A DNA stretch of 63,142 bases, filler included, from Dugesia japonica (taxonomy: Eukaryota): NCBI GenBank assembly GCA_001938525.1. It is 6 parts of 6 records of this genome, joined end to end, with 100 filler letters (N's around TTAATTAATTAA, not from the genome) between each part and the next. Parts side by side here need not be neighbours in the genome. Positions count along the whole stretch, not along the records: positions 1 to 11,808 come from MQRL01646012.1; positions 11,909 to 23,549 come from MQRL01645562.1; 4 more parts are not named here. One strand, given 5' to 3'. Below, piece after piece: positions 1 through 14,291 of this stretch. The notes under the pieces are model-generated. The model worked only from the letters and a program-made list of their open reading frames with translations, made no database searches and was not told where the DNA came from. Each line of letters opens with the position of its first letter. The first letter of the stretch is position 1. The position numbers and the translations under genes were made by a program.

Positions 1-58
<58 letters not shown>

Positions 59-63
59 TACTA
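1..63. repeat. (TTA)n microsatellite
   Basis: Direct TTA tandem; similar tracts at 7129-7187, 24091-24263, 27793-28046, 36947-36983, 37780-37840. Confidence 0.97.
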
Positions 64-1129
64 TTATCATTAATGTCAATCATAATTTTAATATTTTTAT
101 CAGGGAAAATCTATTCGTAAACCAGAATATAGGGTGGAGCATGAAATTCAAGAAACTCTTTTGATACAAGCAAAACAGAATTGCTTTTCAAAAATATCCA
201 ATTTTACATGTGAGTTGATGTATAAGTGTTTATCAAATGACATTGAAATATTTCCTAAGTAAATCTTTAAAATAATTTGAATTTAAATTGTTGATTGTAA
301 TTTATATTTTTTAATTAAATTCTATTGTTGTATTATAAAATTTGATAATAAATATATTGTATATAAATAAATAATTATAAAATATTTATTTACAATTCAT
401 ATTTATATACAATTACAAGTAATGTTCAGATATTCATACATTAAATATCTAATCTTTTTCATTATATTAATCTCATAAATAACACTCAAGAAATGCAAAA
501 AAATATCTAACCATTACACTATAGTTCTCTTTTTTGATTTTTGATTGGAAGGTAATTATTATTTAATTTGGTTGTAACATGTTGTAAAATCTTAGTTTTT
601 AAAATTCTTTTATTGATTACAATTAAAAACGATGTTTTATTAAATTAATAAAATTATTAATTAAATTATTAAAAAAAAATTGCAAACAAATATTTTATGT
701 TATCCATGTAATAATATTTGATTGAGAGAGAGATGTGTTGTCAATTCTGTTGAATAAGTTTACAGAATAAAACGTTTTGGAAATATTTTATTTTTCGATT
801 TAATTTTTTACTTACTATTAAATTATTTTTTAATAATCTATCTTTATAATAATTGTTTTTAAAAATTATGGAATAATTTCTGATAAATAAAAATGATTTT
901 GATTTACTAAAAAAGATCCACATAATATTTACATATAAAATATATAAACTTTCTTATACAAATTGTATACTGTGACGAGTTTCTCGACGAGTTTTTATCA
1001 ATAATCAATTTGTATAATTTCCTGTAATACCAAATCATTGAAATATATACAAGAAATTTTTATTCGTAGAGTTTCTGTTGTCATTCCAATTATAAATTCT
1101 CAATTATAAATTCTTTAATTTTTTTTATA

Positions 1130-3942
1130 TTATATATCGGATATCGGATTTTTAAAAAATCCGGATATATTCAACCGTTTTTCAACTATTCGATATCCGG
1201 ATAGTTGGACAACTATCTGGATAATATCCGTAATATTTTTCAAATAATTTGTTTTAAAATCTCTGGATTCTATAGTGATGAATTAGCACAAATTCTAGCG
1301 AAAAAACAAAAGTTTTTTAAGATTCAAATCATTTTTTATTTTAAAAAAGAAGATGGTTTTAATATTCAAAATCTGTGCTTTGAATTTGTAATTTAATTAT
1401 TAATCTTCATGGATATACTTTTAGATTCTTTTATTGATAATACTCCTAACGACTGTAATAGAAAAAGCATAGGTAATTCCTAGTTTTTTAAAATTTAATT
1501 TTTAAATCGATTTTTAAATAAGTATTTTACAAAGTTATAGGCATGTTAAGACAATCAAAATTCTGGATACTTTTTTAAGAAAGGAAAATATTTCGATCGC
1601 AGTGTTCAAGAAATGTGGAAAATAAAATTTAATGCAAAAAAATTCCAATGATAAATCATCTAAAAATTCACAGCATTGTTCTAAATAAATCTCTGAATAA
1701 TACTGTAGAAAATGATCCAAAGAAACAACAAATTGAAAAACGAACAACCATATTAGGAACTATATCCGTAAAGAATAGCTACAAGAAACTTTACCAAGAG
1801 TCTCTGCAGATGATTGGATGTCCATTATCGCTATTACAAGATCAAAACCTATCAATGGCTATGTAGAATCTAAAGGCTATACAATGAACTANAGTGTCNT
1901 GACAATAACACAAAAAATTATGGAGTTTTATAAAGAAAGAAAAGAAAAAAAAAATTCACAATGGAGAATAAATAATTTTCGATTACAGTCGATGAGTGAA
2001 CTGATTGTGAAATCAAACGATATCTAAATTTAATTGTGCATGTTCTTGGAACTGATGATAAGTCATTTGATTTATTCGTTTTGGGATTAGAAAAAGTTAA
2101 AGGGATTGCAAATGTGGAGAATATTAAAATAATAGTGGAGAATAAATTAAAAAAATTTAATATCGTTATAAAAAGTGATGTGATTGCATCAACCCATGAA
2201 AATTTGGAAGCAGCCTAAATATAATTAATCAAGTCTGCATTACATTTTGTAGTAATCGATAGCTTGTATCAAAAGAAACTTTCCGTGCAATGCCAAAAAA
2301 TTGATGAAAACTGTGAAGACGATTCAGATGTAAACATTGATAAAGATAATTCTGAGATGACGGAAGAAGATAGATNNNNNNNNNNNNNNNNNNNNNNNNN
2401 NNNNNNNNNNNNNNNNNNNNNNNNNGTCCATTATCGCTATTACAAGATCAAAACCTATCAATGGCTATGTAGAATCTAAAGGCTATACAATGAACTAAAA
2501 TGTCATGACAATAACACAAAAAATTATGGAGTTTTTTAAAGAAAGAAAAGAAAAAAAATTCAAAATGGAGAATAAATAATTTTCGATTACAGTCGATGAG
2601 TGGACTGTTTGTGAAATCAAACGATATCTAAATTTAATTGTGCATGTTCTTGGAACTGATGATAAGTCATTTGATTAATTCGTTTTGGGATTAGAAAAAG
2701 TTAAATGGATTGCAAATGTGGAGAATATTAAAATAATAGTGGAGAATAAATTAAAAATATTTAATATCGTTATAAAAAGTAATGTGATTGCGTCAACCCA
2801 TGAAAATTTGGAAGCAGCCTAAATATAATTAATCAAGTCTGCATTACATTTTGTAGTAATTGATAGCTTGTATCAACAGAAACTTTCCGTGCAATGCCAA
2901 AAAAATGATGAAAACTGTGAAGACGATTCAGATGTAAACATTGATAAAGATAATTCTGAGATGACGGAAGAAGATAGATTCATGTATTCTTTTAATATTG
3001 AAACAATTNNNNNNNNNNNNNNNNNNNNNCAAAGCAACATTGGAATTATATTAGAGAAAATTACGAAAATTGCAAGGCTCTTCAAAAGATCACCAATCAA
3101 AAATGCAATATTACTGGAAAATATTATTCGTCAAGAGAAAAAAAATTAAGAATACTATTAAATATAAAAATTCGTTGAAATTCGATGATTACTCTGATTA
3201 GAAGATTTATTCTAATAGCTTACGCATGAAATTTTAATAGTCCCAGAAACTGAAATGGGTATATTAAAAGAAATATTGAATGCTTTTATTCCTTTAGAAG
3301 CGGCTAAGCAATATTAGCGGAACGTTAATTACAGCTGAAGGAGCGTAAAAATTCTTGTTTAATCTAATCGTTTGGAGGTTCATTAAGTGAAGAACTATTA
3401 TTTTCACTGAAGAAAATAATGAATGAACGTCGAAGTATAAAATTGATCACGTTATTAATATTTTTACAAAGTGGAAATTTACCCAAATCAAATGAAAATT
3501 TCCAATTATCAATGAAAAAGAGAGAAAATTACTTTTGCACAAGATAGTTTCGAGAAACTTCATCAGTTACCATTATCAAATGATAAAATTTTAAAGATTA
3601 CTCAGGACTCTAAGGTGGAAGAGATTTCAAAAAGTACATCAAATTTCCAACTACATCGTAAAATGCAGAGCACAATTTTGTCTCTAACGGAAACGAAAAA
3701 TGATACCCGTAATAAGAATAATCTGAAAAACGATTTAAAATGTTTAGAACAATTCAAAAAAAGACAGATAAATTGGATGTTTTATTTAGAACACCATGAA
3801 TAATAAAGCCGATGTCAACTTCCACATAGAGAGAGTTTCTTCCACCTCAGGATTTATAAAAACCAAATTAAAAACTAATCTAAAATCTGAAACTTTTAAT
3901 GCGTTATTATTTCTAAGATATTCATTTTTAAAAAACAAATAA
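1130..3942 (+). mobile_element. Decayed hAT DNA transposon (transposase pseudogene)
   Basis: Manual translation gives TVDEW..RYLNLIVH (first catalytic Asp region, ~2590), KIARLFKRSP..IR*NS (TRWNS-like) and a frameshifted dimerisation-domain tail ERV.STSGFIKTKLKTNLKSETFNALLFLR ending at 3942; ATCCGGATA-type subterminal repeats at 1135-1232; many stops and frameshifts. Confidence 0.85.
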
Positions 3943-4199
3943 ACATGAAAGTAAATGAGCTCGTTTTATTTTAAATTCCTATTTAAATGTACAATTTAAT
4001 GGGGTTAATGAATTATGGGATATTTTGAGTCATTTTTAAATCTTTTTTGTTATGTGCGCTGTGGTCTTTTACAACCTTCTATTGTTATTGCTAAAATTGT
4101 CAAAATTATCTTATAGAGTTATAATTCAATGATATGCTTTAAAATAATAATATCTTGATTTTCAATATTCTGGGATTTCCAACTTAGAAATGTAATAAC

Positions 4200-5980
4200 C
4201 TTTTTCTACTATATAATTTGGAACAAAAAGAAGCTTTTAGCAGAGTTATAAAAACAAATACAAGTGATGGAATCTGCACAAAAACACTGGGAATGTTAGA
4301 TGATTATTTGAATGATAGATGCGCTATGAGTTTATAGAATGAATTAAAAATTATGAATGGAAGAGTGATGATGAATTTTGTTGATTAAATGTAACAAATA
4401 TATATGGATCAATTCCAATTGAAGGACCTGAAAATGTCATTGATATTGTAAGTGACTTATTTGAAAGATACAAAGAACATACAGATATTTCAGAGATCAC
4501 AAAAAATGATTTTAAATGTCTTATTAATTTGTGCCTCTTCTCTGATAGCATTGTCATTGATGAATAATAATTTATCTCTAATTCTAGCGATAATTTCTAT
4601 GAACTTCATTGAAAATCCAATAATTCTTAAATTAAACAAGAAAATTCATCTATGGTTCAGATACATAGATTCCTTTTCTNGACACTTTAATTCAAAAGAA
4701 ANCTGGTGAAATATTTAACTACCCAATTATATATGAAACCATTTCACAGTGGACATATATTACCTTGGAGTAGTAATACGACCATCAGTCAAAAAATTGG
4801 TATATTTAAGGATGAAAGAATAAATGATAAAAAATAAATTCTTAAATAATGGCTAGTCAAATAAAATTATATCGAAATATGTATCTTTAAATACAAAACA
4901 AAATAAAATCAAACCAAAAACCAACACAGTTATTAAATTACCGTTTATTAATGAGAAATGTAACCAAATCATGCAGAATATAATAAAAAATGCTAAACTC
5001 AAACACAATCCAAGAATTATTTCCAAAACGCAAGCAGCTTTGGGCAACCAATTACAGAAACCAAGACAAACTTTTTGTGGTCCCAAATGCATTTGTGATG
5101 GTAGAAATATANNNNNNNNNNNNNNNNNNNNNNNNNNNNNNNNNNNNNNNNNNNNNNNNNNGTGGACATATATTACCTTGGAGTAGTAATACGACCATCA
5201 GTCAAAAAATTGGTATATTTAAGGATGAAAGAATACAAACTGAGAGACTATCTTGAAATGAAAAAATGAAATTGATTTCTATCAAGATGATAAAAAATAT
5301 TCTTAAATAACGGCTATTCAAATAAAATTATATCGAAATATTTATCTTTAAATACAAAACAAAATAAAATCAAACCAAAAACCAACACAGTTATTAAATT
5401 ACCGTTTATTAATGAGAAATGTAACCAAATCATGCAGAATATAATAAAAATTGCTAAACTCAAACACAATCCAAGAATTATTTTCAAAAACGCAACCAAT
5501 TACAGAAACCAAGACAAAACATTTGTGGTCCCAAATGCATTCGTGATGGTAGAAATATATGCAATAAGAAAAATGTCACTTATAAAATAACATGCNNNNN
5601 NNNNNNNNNNNNNNNNNNNNNNNNNNNNNNNNNNNNNNNNNNNNNNNNNNNNNNNNNNNNNNNNNNNNNNNNNNNNNNNNNNNNNNNNNNNNNNNNNNNN
5701 NNNNNNNNNNNNNNNNNNNNNNNNNNNNNNNNNNNNNNNNNNNNNNNNNNNNNNNNNNNNNNNNNNNNNNNNNNNNNNNNNNNNNNNNNNNNNNNNNNNN
5801 NNNNNNNNNNNNNNNNNNNAATAATTAAATTAAATAATTAAATTTAAAATAAGAATTAAAATTAACCAATTAAAATTTAATAAAAATTAATTATTTCAAA
5901 AGTTATTACTATAATAAACATAAATCTTGAATAAATTAAAAATGTCAATTCCTGACGAAGATAAAATCGAAATATCGAAT
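4200..5980 (+). mobile_element. Decayed Penelope-like retroelement (RT + GIY-YIG endonuclease)
   Basis: LNVTNIYGSIPI (LDVxSLYTxIP-like), WFRYIDS (YxDD region), YMKPFHSGHILPWSS (YRKPTHSxxYL thumb motif), KNVTYKITC (GIY-YIG start); followed by a minimal hammerhead motif. Confidence 0.85.
5948..5980 (+). ncRNA. Minimal type I hammerhead ribozyme motif (Penelope-associated)
   Basis: attc-CTGACGA-a-gat(aaa)atc-GAAA-ta-TC-gaat: intact core, helix I attc/gaat, helix II gat/atc, palindromic ATAT helix III. Confidence 0.75.
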
Positions 5981-7128
5981 CAATCTCAAAAAATCAATAA
6001 CAAATTTTTGATCGAAACTTTTATTTTAAACGAATTATTATTAATATTTTTATTTTTATCATATTATACTATTATAATTTTTATTATTATTCATAATTAA
6101 TTATAAAAAAATGATTTTAATTAAATTATTAAAAAACTGAATCAATTTGATCCTTTCAAAGCCATGATCACTATTATTATTGATTTAGCAAAAATGTATT
6201 ATTATTATTTTGATTATTATTTTTATTATTATTAAAAAATCTGTATATATAAAGATCAGAACACGATTATTTTTTGTGTCAATTAATCAGGCAAACCTGA
6301 TTTATTGTGTTATCGATTGAATTATTCGGATTAATTGCATTAATAAATCTTTTGGATTGAATTTTATAAAATTGGTACTTTTATTTAGTTTTTATAATTT
6401 AACGATCATAATCAGCGGAAAATCAAATTTCCTTTACACCTACTTCCTTATCTTTTAAATAATTAAATTAAAGGGAAATTCTTATAAGAAAATAATAACA
6501 TAATATCTCAAAACCAACTTATTTCTTTTATTTAAAGAATTTACATTATTTTTAAAGCCTTTCTGAATCTTAATATACCTCAACAATAATATTGACTTCC
6601 TACCGACTATGTTGATTCAACAGAAATATCGAATGCTCCAAAAGATACCAATCCAAACCATGACAACTCAGCAAGTGATACCAATAAAATTGATTTCTTT
6701 CAGGATGAAATATTTGACGATTTGTAACCTTTTAGTTTAGGACTTTGAGACGATATAGTCAAAGGCAAAAGTAGTACATTTTTGTCTTTTAAAACAAATA
6801 AGTTTCTATTTTGGTTTACCACATAAAAATAACTTTCATTACAAATAAATTTATCTAAATTAAATTTATTATTTTCAAATTTCAATTTTTCTTTCTTTGA
6901 CAGACTTCATTGTTTTACTATTTTCAAGCATTCATCGAAGCCTTAGAAAATGTGAAGTGAAAATGTCATTGAGTATATTTTTAATTGTTTATTTTCTTGA
7001 TTGATTTAATATTCAAACTGTTTTCATCTGTAACATCCTTATTAGATTTTCTTTATTTATAATTAATTAGATTTAATTNNNNNNNNNNNNNNNNNNNNNN
7101 NNNNNNNNNNNNNNNNNNNNNNNNNNNN

Positions 7129-7190
<62 letters not shown>

Positions 7191-7379
7191 TTAATAATTA
7201 AAATAAAATAATTAATAATTTTAGCCAATAGAAGGCAATTAAAATAATTTTTATTAATAATTTATTCATATTCACTTATAGTTATGTATTTTATTATATG
7301 TTTAATAGTGAAATAAATTATGTTTAAAAATATTAGTTGTGATTTTTGGAGAAAAAATTATCAATTGAAGCTTTACCTT

Positions 7380-8826
7380 ACATAGTGGCAGCAGTAAATA
7401 CCGATTCTATAACGGATAGGCTATTGCCGAATGTGTTCTTCAGTGGAGATGATATCGAGAAATTCGTCAAGGGGTGTGAATTACATTTTTAGGCAAAAAA
7501 ATAGCCTAGATTAAACAACGAGAAAGATTAGTCTCTTTTCTGTTAGATAATGATTTATTAGAAGAATATGAGAAGACGTTGAAATAAAGTTATCCTATCA
7601 TTTTTATGCTAAATACCGAGAAACCGATCACATCACAGTTTCAAACTTGTATTAAATATTTGAGCAGTTTAGATATAGAAAATGGTAGTAAAGAAAAGAA
7701 ACACTTCATACAAATGCGGATATATTGTTAAGGAGTAAATGCGATACATGTACACAATGTCTAATGTCACATAAAAATCCCAAGAGTGAAAAGTTAAAAT
7801 CAAGGATGTTAAATACAGTAGATATTTAAAAGAAGCAAGACAATGTTGGAGAAAATGATGAAGTAACATGGATACCTAATGATCAAATAACAGATTTAAT
7901 ACTGAGTATACACCATCTATCATATCATGCTGGAGCAGAGAATGGAACAGCGTATATGAAGCAAAAATATAACGCAAATAGGTTTTGAAAAAAAGTACAA
8001 AAGGTTGTCTGAAGCGTTATAATATTTCAAATAGGTAAAGTGTTGACAACAAAAATGAAGAAAGAAACGAAAATAACGCTGCCAGCCGAAAATTTTGAGT
8101 TTTATATTTATAGATGTGCATGGACCATTGCAGGAGTCAAGGAGCCGAAAAAGATATGTTCTCGGTATAATACATCAATGCAGTAAGTATGTAGCGTTAA
8201 TAGCAATGGCTAGACAAGATGAAAACGCCATAAGTAAAGCAATAATGAAGAAGTGGATATTAAAGTTCGGGTGTTCGAGAGAAATTAGAGTTGATTGTTG
8301 AAGAGCATTTGAGTCTAAATCAATGAAAGATTTTGCAGCAGATCGTGAATTTACACTGAGGTTTTAGAGTTTATATCATCATAACGCAAATAGACAAATA
8401 AAGAGGCAGTTTAGAACTATTCGAGATATGATACATGCAACACTTAAAGAAAGGAAAGCCTCAGATTGGGCTGAATTATTGCTAGAGATATAATTTACTT
8501 TGAATGCTACAAATCAGAAGACCACTGGAAAAAACCCTACTGAAATCGTATTTGGAAAGAGAATAAGCAGAAAAAAATGGTACGAAACAGATTATCAAGG
8601 AGAGAATAAAGAACAAGATAAAGATATATTGAACAAATGACAATTCAAGGTTTGTAATGAGGTCTTAGAGAAAGTTGAAACAAGAAACAAAAACCAAGAT
8701 CAATTTGAATGGGCATATAAGATCAATATGGCGGTTCACAACAGATGTTACATCCTGGAAGATACAAACGAAAAACGTCTTGAAAGAAACGTAGGAAAAA
8801 TCAAAAAAATTCTTAAAAGGGGGATT
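7380..8826 (+). mobile_element. Internally deleted Ty3/Gypsy LTR retrotransposon (gag remnant + integrase)
   Basis: FIFIDVHGPL...WILKFG..EIRVD...YHHNAN..KRQFRTI...NAT.QKTTGKNPTEIVFG; tRNA-Leu-like PBS TAGTGGCAGCAGT at ~7383; PPT AAAAGGGGGA at ~8815-8824. Confidence 0.88.
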
Positions 8827-9429
8827 TAAATTTTTCGTATTTCGAAACGGAATATTTTTAAAATTAGATTAGTTAAATATTTAAATTGAATCATTAAAAT
8901 AAATTTAAAAATAAATTTTAAAATTAACTGTTAAAAGCAAACCAGTTTCAAAATTCATTTTGTTTATAGAAAGCGAATTAAAAATTTATAATTTATGTTG
9001 AATATAAAATTTTTACTTCGCAATGTATATTAAAATTTTATAATTTTATTGTAATTTGTAAAATAAACAAATTTCTGATTTTCAAAAAAATATATTTTTC
9101 TTGTATTTTTAAATTTTACATTATTTATTAAAATTTAAAATAAACTGAATTAATTAAATGTTTTTCAAAAGGCTGATATTTTTTACTTTTCGTTTCGAAT
9201 ATGAATTTTAAAATTTGTTTGTAAAAAACAAATTTATATTCATAGTTTTTGTTTTGTCAATAAATGTTTTTGTAAGTTAGTTGTGAATTCACTTCTTCGA
9301 CGAATTATCCAAACTCATCTAACAATAATAATAACTGTGATAATTAATCAGTTAAATAATTAAAATTTCCTAGTATATCACGTAATATTAATAATTGATT
9401 TTAAGTAGAAAATAAGAGTAGATATAAAG

Positions 9430-9870
9430 GTTTGTTTGCCAATGGTTGTATTTTATATTTATTAAATTGAGTAGAATGTTGATTATTTATGTCTTTCTTT
9501 ACAAAATCCCCAATATAAAAGAGAAAAATTATCCAATAAATATAATTTTTACTAGCTCTCTAATTATCTACTTATTGGGAGACCACAATATCAATCCAGA
9601 AAATTTAACAAGTTCTTCTGCAACCAAAATTATATGAAATTGCAGATGTTACAACATAATAGAACACTTTTTTCTATGATACGATTGTATAAGTCTCAAA
9701 GAAACTTTGTTAATAGAGCATATGTTAGAGAAGCTACTTGGAAAATTATCTCTAGAACGTCTGAAAAAGAATATGTGTTAGGAAAAAGAAATACGCTTGA
9801 AGGAATAAAAACAATTTTTTACATGATTTAAATTACAGAAGAGATGATGATTCAGTCGAAACATGCACAC
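9430..9870 (+). mobile_element. Possible Penelope GIY-YIG C-terminal remnant
   Basis: SSLIIYLLGDHNINPENL resembles the SAxxEHL..H.I.WEN motif; degenerate hammerhead-like GATGA..GTCGAAACATG at ~9843-9865. Confidence 0.35.
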
Positions 9871-9999
9871 AATAGAGAAGAATAGCGAAAACACAAATTA
9901 ACATTTACCAAACTCATTGCATTTCTTTTAAATATTGTTTGAATAAAGAAAAACAAAACAATGAACTTTAAGGATTTGAAAAAATGAAGTTTTTCATCA

Positions 10000-10470
10000 A
10001 TTTATATTTGTTATTAAAAATTCTAATGAAATTATGAACAGAACAATGTAAAGGATCATTTGAGAATTTGAAAGATTATTCAATGAAAGTGTCAATTTAG
10101 TACATCTTGTTTTTGAGAAAAACTTTATTTCTGATGCTAAAGCCACTTTTTATTTTATTAGATTTTAAATGGGAAGAAAATTAATAAAGCATATTGCTTA
10201 AAGTCCATAAGTAAACATGAAAAAGGAAATTGTATTACTAGTAGAGAAAATGATATTTTACTCAACACATATTTTAAACATTATTTATACGAAAAACAGT
10301 GTATTTTATGAACCGATCATAAAACCTTGACTTTTAGGATAACAATAAGTAACCAATTACAGCTCAGTTCCAAAATTGGATTAATTTCTTAAGCACTTTA
10401 GATATGAAGTTTGAATATAGAAAAGGAGGATCACGTAATAATGCAGATACATTATCAAAATTCTTTACTA
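10000..10470 (+). mobile_element. Gypsy RNase H fragment
   Basis: KSISKHEKGNCITSRE, YFKHYLYEKQCIL*TDHKNL, WINFLSTLDMKFEYRKGGSRNNADTLSK. Confidence 0.85.
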
Positions 10471-11808
10471 TGTAATGTAAGCTATTTGAAATGGTTCATC
10501 ATGATGATAGAACTGAAAAATCAAAAATTTATCCTGTTACTATTTTAAAGATTTTTCCAATGTAGTTAAAGATATTGTAGCATCTTACTTACAATTGGTG
10601 GTAGAAAGTATATTCGAATGTAAACAAAATAATTGGACACTTATTGGTTATATTTATTATCAAATATTCAATTTTAGCTTTTAACAAATGACCATTTTTT
10701 AAAAATAGAAAACTATTTTATCAATATAATTCTTATGATTTAGAATTACAAAGTCATTTTGGATAATTTCTGATATTTTTGGAAACTTGAAAAAATCGTC
10801 ATACTTTATTTGAACTTTAACAATATGTAGCACAATTTATCAATGAAGTTAATCATGACATTTTACACAAATCCTTTTACTAAAAAAAGTTTCTGCTTGT
10901 ATTTTTCAAGGTGAAGGCCATTTTTAACAATTTTTTTATAACTATTGTATTATGATGAGATGAGGATTTTTTCTTTATCCAGTAAATATATCGTAATTCA
11001 AATGTGTGTCGATAAGTAGTATAATTAGTGATCGCTGTTGAAATCTTTCAATTTTTTTGACAGGAAAGACTAGAGGAAAAACGTATTGTTTGAAATACGT
11101 TGAATGAAAAAGGTAAATTTTGCTAAAATCATATACATGAGTCTTTTTATGAAGGACCTCTGTACCCAAATTCTAATAATGTTTCCTAGAAAAGCTAATA
11201 AATTTGTGTCTCAATGTTATTGTTTGCAATATTCTAATTATTTTGAAATTAAATTATAATATTATGACTTTTAAAATGAAGCGTGGCAGATTTCTGGTAA
11301 TACAGAGCGTTCTAATACAGTCTTTCTAATGTTTAATTTTACTTAAACCAAATTTTTGATCATCGTTAACAATCCGTAGGTCCTAGTCAAGGTGGTTAGC
11401 TGATGCAAGGAATATGGTTNNNNNNNNNNNNNNNNNNNNNNNNNNNNNNNNNNNNNNNNNNNNNNNNNNNNNNNNNNNNNNNNNNNNNNNNNNNNNNNNN
11501 NNNNNNNNNNNNNNNNNNNNNNNACATTTTATTAAAATTACGTTTAAAAAATCCCAATATTTATTATTTTAACTGTGAATTTTGACGGTTTACTGCTGAT
11601 AAAAACAATTATAATAGTAATAATGATAATAACAAAATGATATTATTTATTATTATGAAAATATTATATAAGTTGATAATAAAATAATATTATTTTTTTA
11701 AAAAAAAAACCTTGTCTAGTTATTTCATTAGAGCAATCTAACAAAATGGGAATGTATAAGAAATCAAAGAAACTGTAATGCTAAGCCAGAAATTAACTGA
11801 AAATATTA

Positions 11809-11908
11809 NNNNNNNNNNNNNNNNNNNNNNNNNNNNNNNNNNNNNNNNNNNNTTAATTAATTAANNNNNNNNNNNNNNNNNNNNNNNNNNNNNNNNNNNN
11901 NNNNNNNN
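11809..11908. other. Artificial contig-joining spacer (44N-TTAATTAATTAA-44N)
   Basis: Identical 100-bp construct at 11809-11908, 23550-23649, 35333-35432, 45185-45284 and 53963-54062; the 12-mer has stops in all six frames. Confidence 0.95.
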
Positions 11909-12099
11909 TCATACATTTAACCATTTACAACTTCTCCGACTCTTCCATATTTTATCCATCTCTTGAGCCATTCTATACGTCTGAATTTTGAATCTTCTGA
12001 ATACTACAATCTAACTTAATGATGTAATAGGAATTCCATAAGTCCTGTTGATTTAAATAGTTTATATCATATACTACTTCCTCCGTTTCATGTCAAATT

Positions 12100-12420
12100 A
12101 CATCTATTGCGTCTCTTTCGTCAGTTTCATCTGCAAAACATCTAAANTCGTTTCTGTGGTGATATTTCTCAATTTTGAAAATTATGTCACGATTATCTAC
12201 AAATTAAACAATAATCTTTTTGAGGAAATTATTACGGAAATTTCACATTAAACCACACCATAAACACATACTGGGTCTTAAAATCTCTTATCGTGGAAGT
12301 GGAAAACCTTTTGATTGATCATTCAACTTCCTGGCGACGAAATTATTGGATAACGTAAACGAGTTTCTCTGGATTTGCCTCTAGTATTGAATTTAAGGAT
12401 TCGTTTCTGAATCATTAACA
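12100..12420 (-). mobile_element. Decayed LINE ORF1/gag-like zinc-knuckle region
   Basis: Minus strand is recognisably homologous (caaaggttttccac..agagatttt..gtgttt..gtgg) to the intact CCHC knuckle at 28960-29130. Confidence 0.5.
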
Positions 12421-12779
12421 ATATGAGTTGTCCTTGATAATACTGCCTTATCCTAGATTCTGATGTAATTCCGATCTTTAGTTCTTCCTGTATCCATCCT
12501 CTTCGACATTCGAATATGATAATTTATTTATTGACAATTTCTTGTCAGTACCATCATTTTTTTCATAAATTTCAGCTTACTGTGACATATCATCAGCATT
12601 CAAATCTGATTCCGGGGCAAAGGCATTTTTTAATTATTGNGATTTTAATTTTATTTTAATCATTTGCTTCATAATTTNTTCCAGTAAAAATCCAGATCCA
12701 AATATTTCCTTCACAGCTTTTCGAACTCATAATTCGAAATTTCCCTATCTTTTGACTGATTATACTAAAATCTTTGATA

Positions 12780-13111
12780 ATTCGTAGAAAGGATTTATCC
12801 TAAACTAACTTTATTTTAAATCCATCTCTTGTTGATTTGTCATACATTTTCATACATTCAAAAATCAACGTGATATGAACATTCTACATGTACGCGCACA
12901 ATGTATGTATAAAGTTATTGGTAAAAATGAAATAAAATATAATATTTCGTTTGTATTACTTCTTGCCTGACTAATCACATGTTTCGTCTGCATCAGTTTC
13001 TTCAGTAGTCTTTATTTTAGTAGCCGTTACATTGGATGACTCTTAATTTTTNAGGGGGGCGCAAAATATAAATCTTGTCCCCAAGTGCCTAACACACTAG
13101 CTACTCCTCTG
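12780..13111 (-). mobile_element. hAT fragment and terminus
   Basis: Minus-strand PITLYIHCA (YIHCxAH motif); CAGAGGAGTAGCTAG TIR-like end at 13111. Confidence 0.4.
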
Positions 13112-13712
13112 ATCGTCATCTAATATAAAAATCAAAATTTGATCTGAGGTCAAAGTTTTAGTGGCTGAGAACATTTTGATTCCTTTCAACTAAACAATTG
13201 GATCTTCATCATGATTTTCTATGAACTATGTAATTATTGTAACAGTTCTCGTGATTCTTTCGTCAAGGCTTTATTGTTTCATTTTTGATTCTGATAATTG
13301 ATTCCTAGTAATGGAATTACATGGTGTTGGTCACTAGTTACATAATTAATAACAGACGTCATATAATTCAAAAAGTATATTACTATTTACACTTTTAATA
13401 TAAAAGAAAATATTAAAGGTCACATATTTAATAATTTCCAACTTAAAATTAATCTTAAAATAATTACAATTAATTGATATCCAGTATTATCATGGATCTA
13501 AATCTTGAAATTAATCAAATATATTTCAGTTATCACAATATAGATTAGCTAAAGGTTCTCAACAAAATGTTAAGATCTGTGAGCAACTTTTCACACGGAA
13601 AAACTTTGAACATTGATCCAATATGTTATATAATTCTCTTAGCTTATTTTTAAATAAGAAATTCAAAAATGGACGCAACTGATTTCTAGTGGATTTTCTA
13701 TAATGTGCCTTT

Positions 13713-13748
<36 letters not shown>

Positions 13749-14291
13749 TAAACATTCTTTAGAAAATATTTGCAACTTTTTCTGAAATCTTTAACAACTT
13801 TAAAAAATATATGAGATAAAATTAGAACATTAAGTGAAGAAGTTGATGCTGATCATAAAGAAAATATACAAGTTCGAGTTGCCAGTTTGCGAAATATATT
13901 ACTGACATTTTATCGGTACATTTATATTTTTATTTGAACCAATACAAAATCTGTGAACTGTCTATTGTAAGATCAAAGATCCTTTGACGTTATTTGCATC
14001 GGTTAATAGAGAAGATGTGACATCGAACTACATATCCTATAATATTTCATTTTCTTTCTTGGGGCGCTAAATCGTTGAATCTTGTGACTCCACGAGTGCC
14101 TTTAGTCTTCAATTTTGAATTTCTAGTCGTTAGTTTTGAGTGAATACTGCCTTTCTGTGCTTGCGTGAGTTTCATATCGTCTTGCATCATGGTTACCTTT
14201 TTCTACTAAAATTGACAGGTCTCAAAACTTTACGTAACTCTAAATAAAATTTAGAATTAAATTTATGATATTTTTTTATGAAAAAAGTTAA

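Noticed and set aside
1820-2978. Tandem duplication within the hAT transposase (also 4749-5560 in the Penelope element)
   Set aside because: Near-identical copies directly flank N gaps, typical of unmerged overlapping contig ends or haplotypes
11853-11864. TTAATTAATTAA as a biological motif (piggyBac target or homeobox site)
   Set aside because: Always centred in exactly 44+44 N; a synthetic linker
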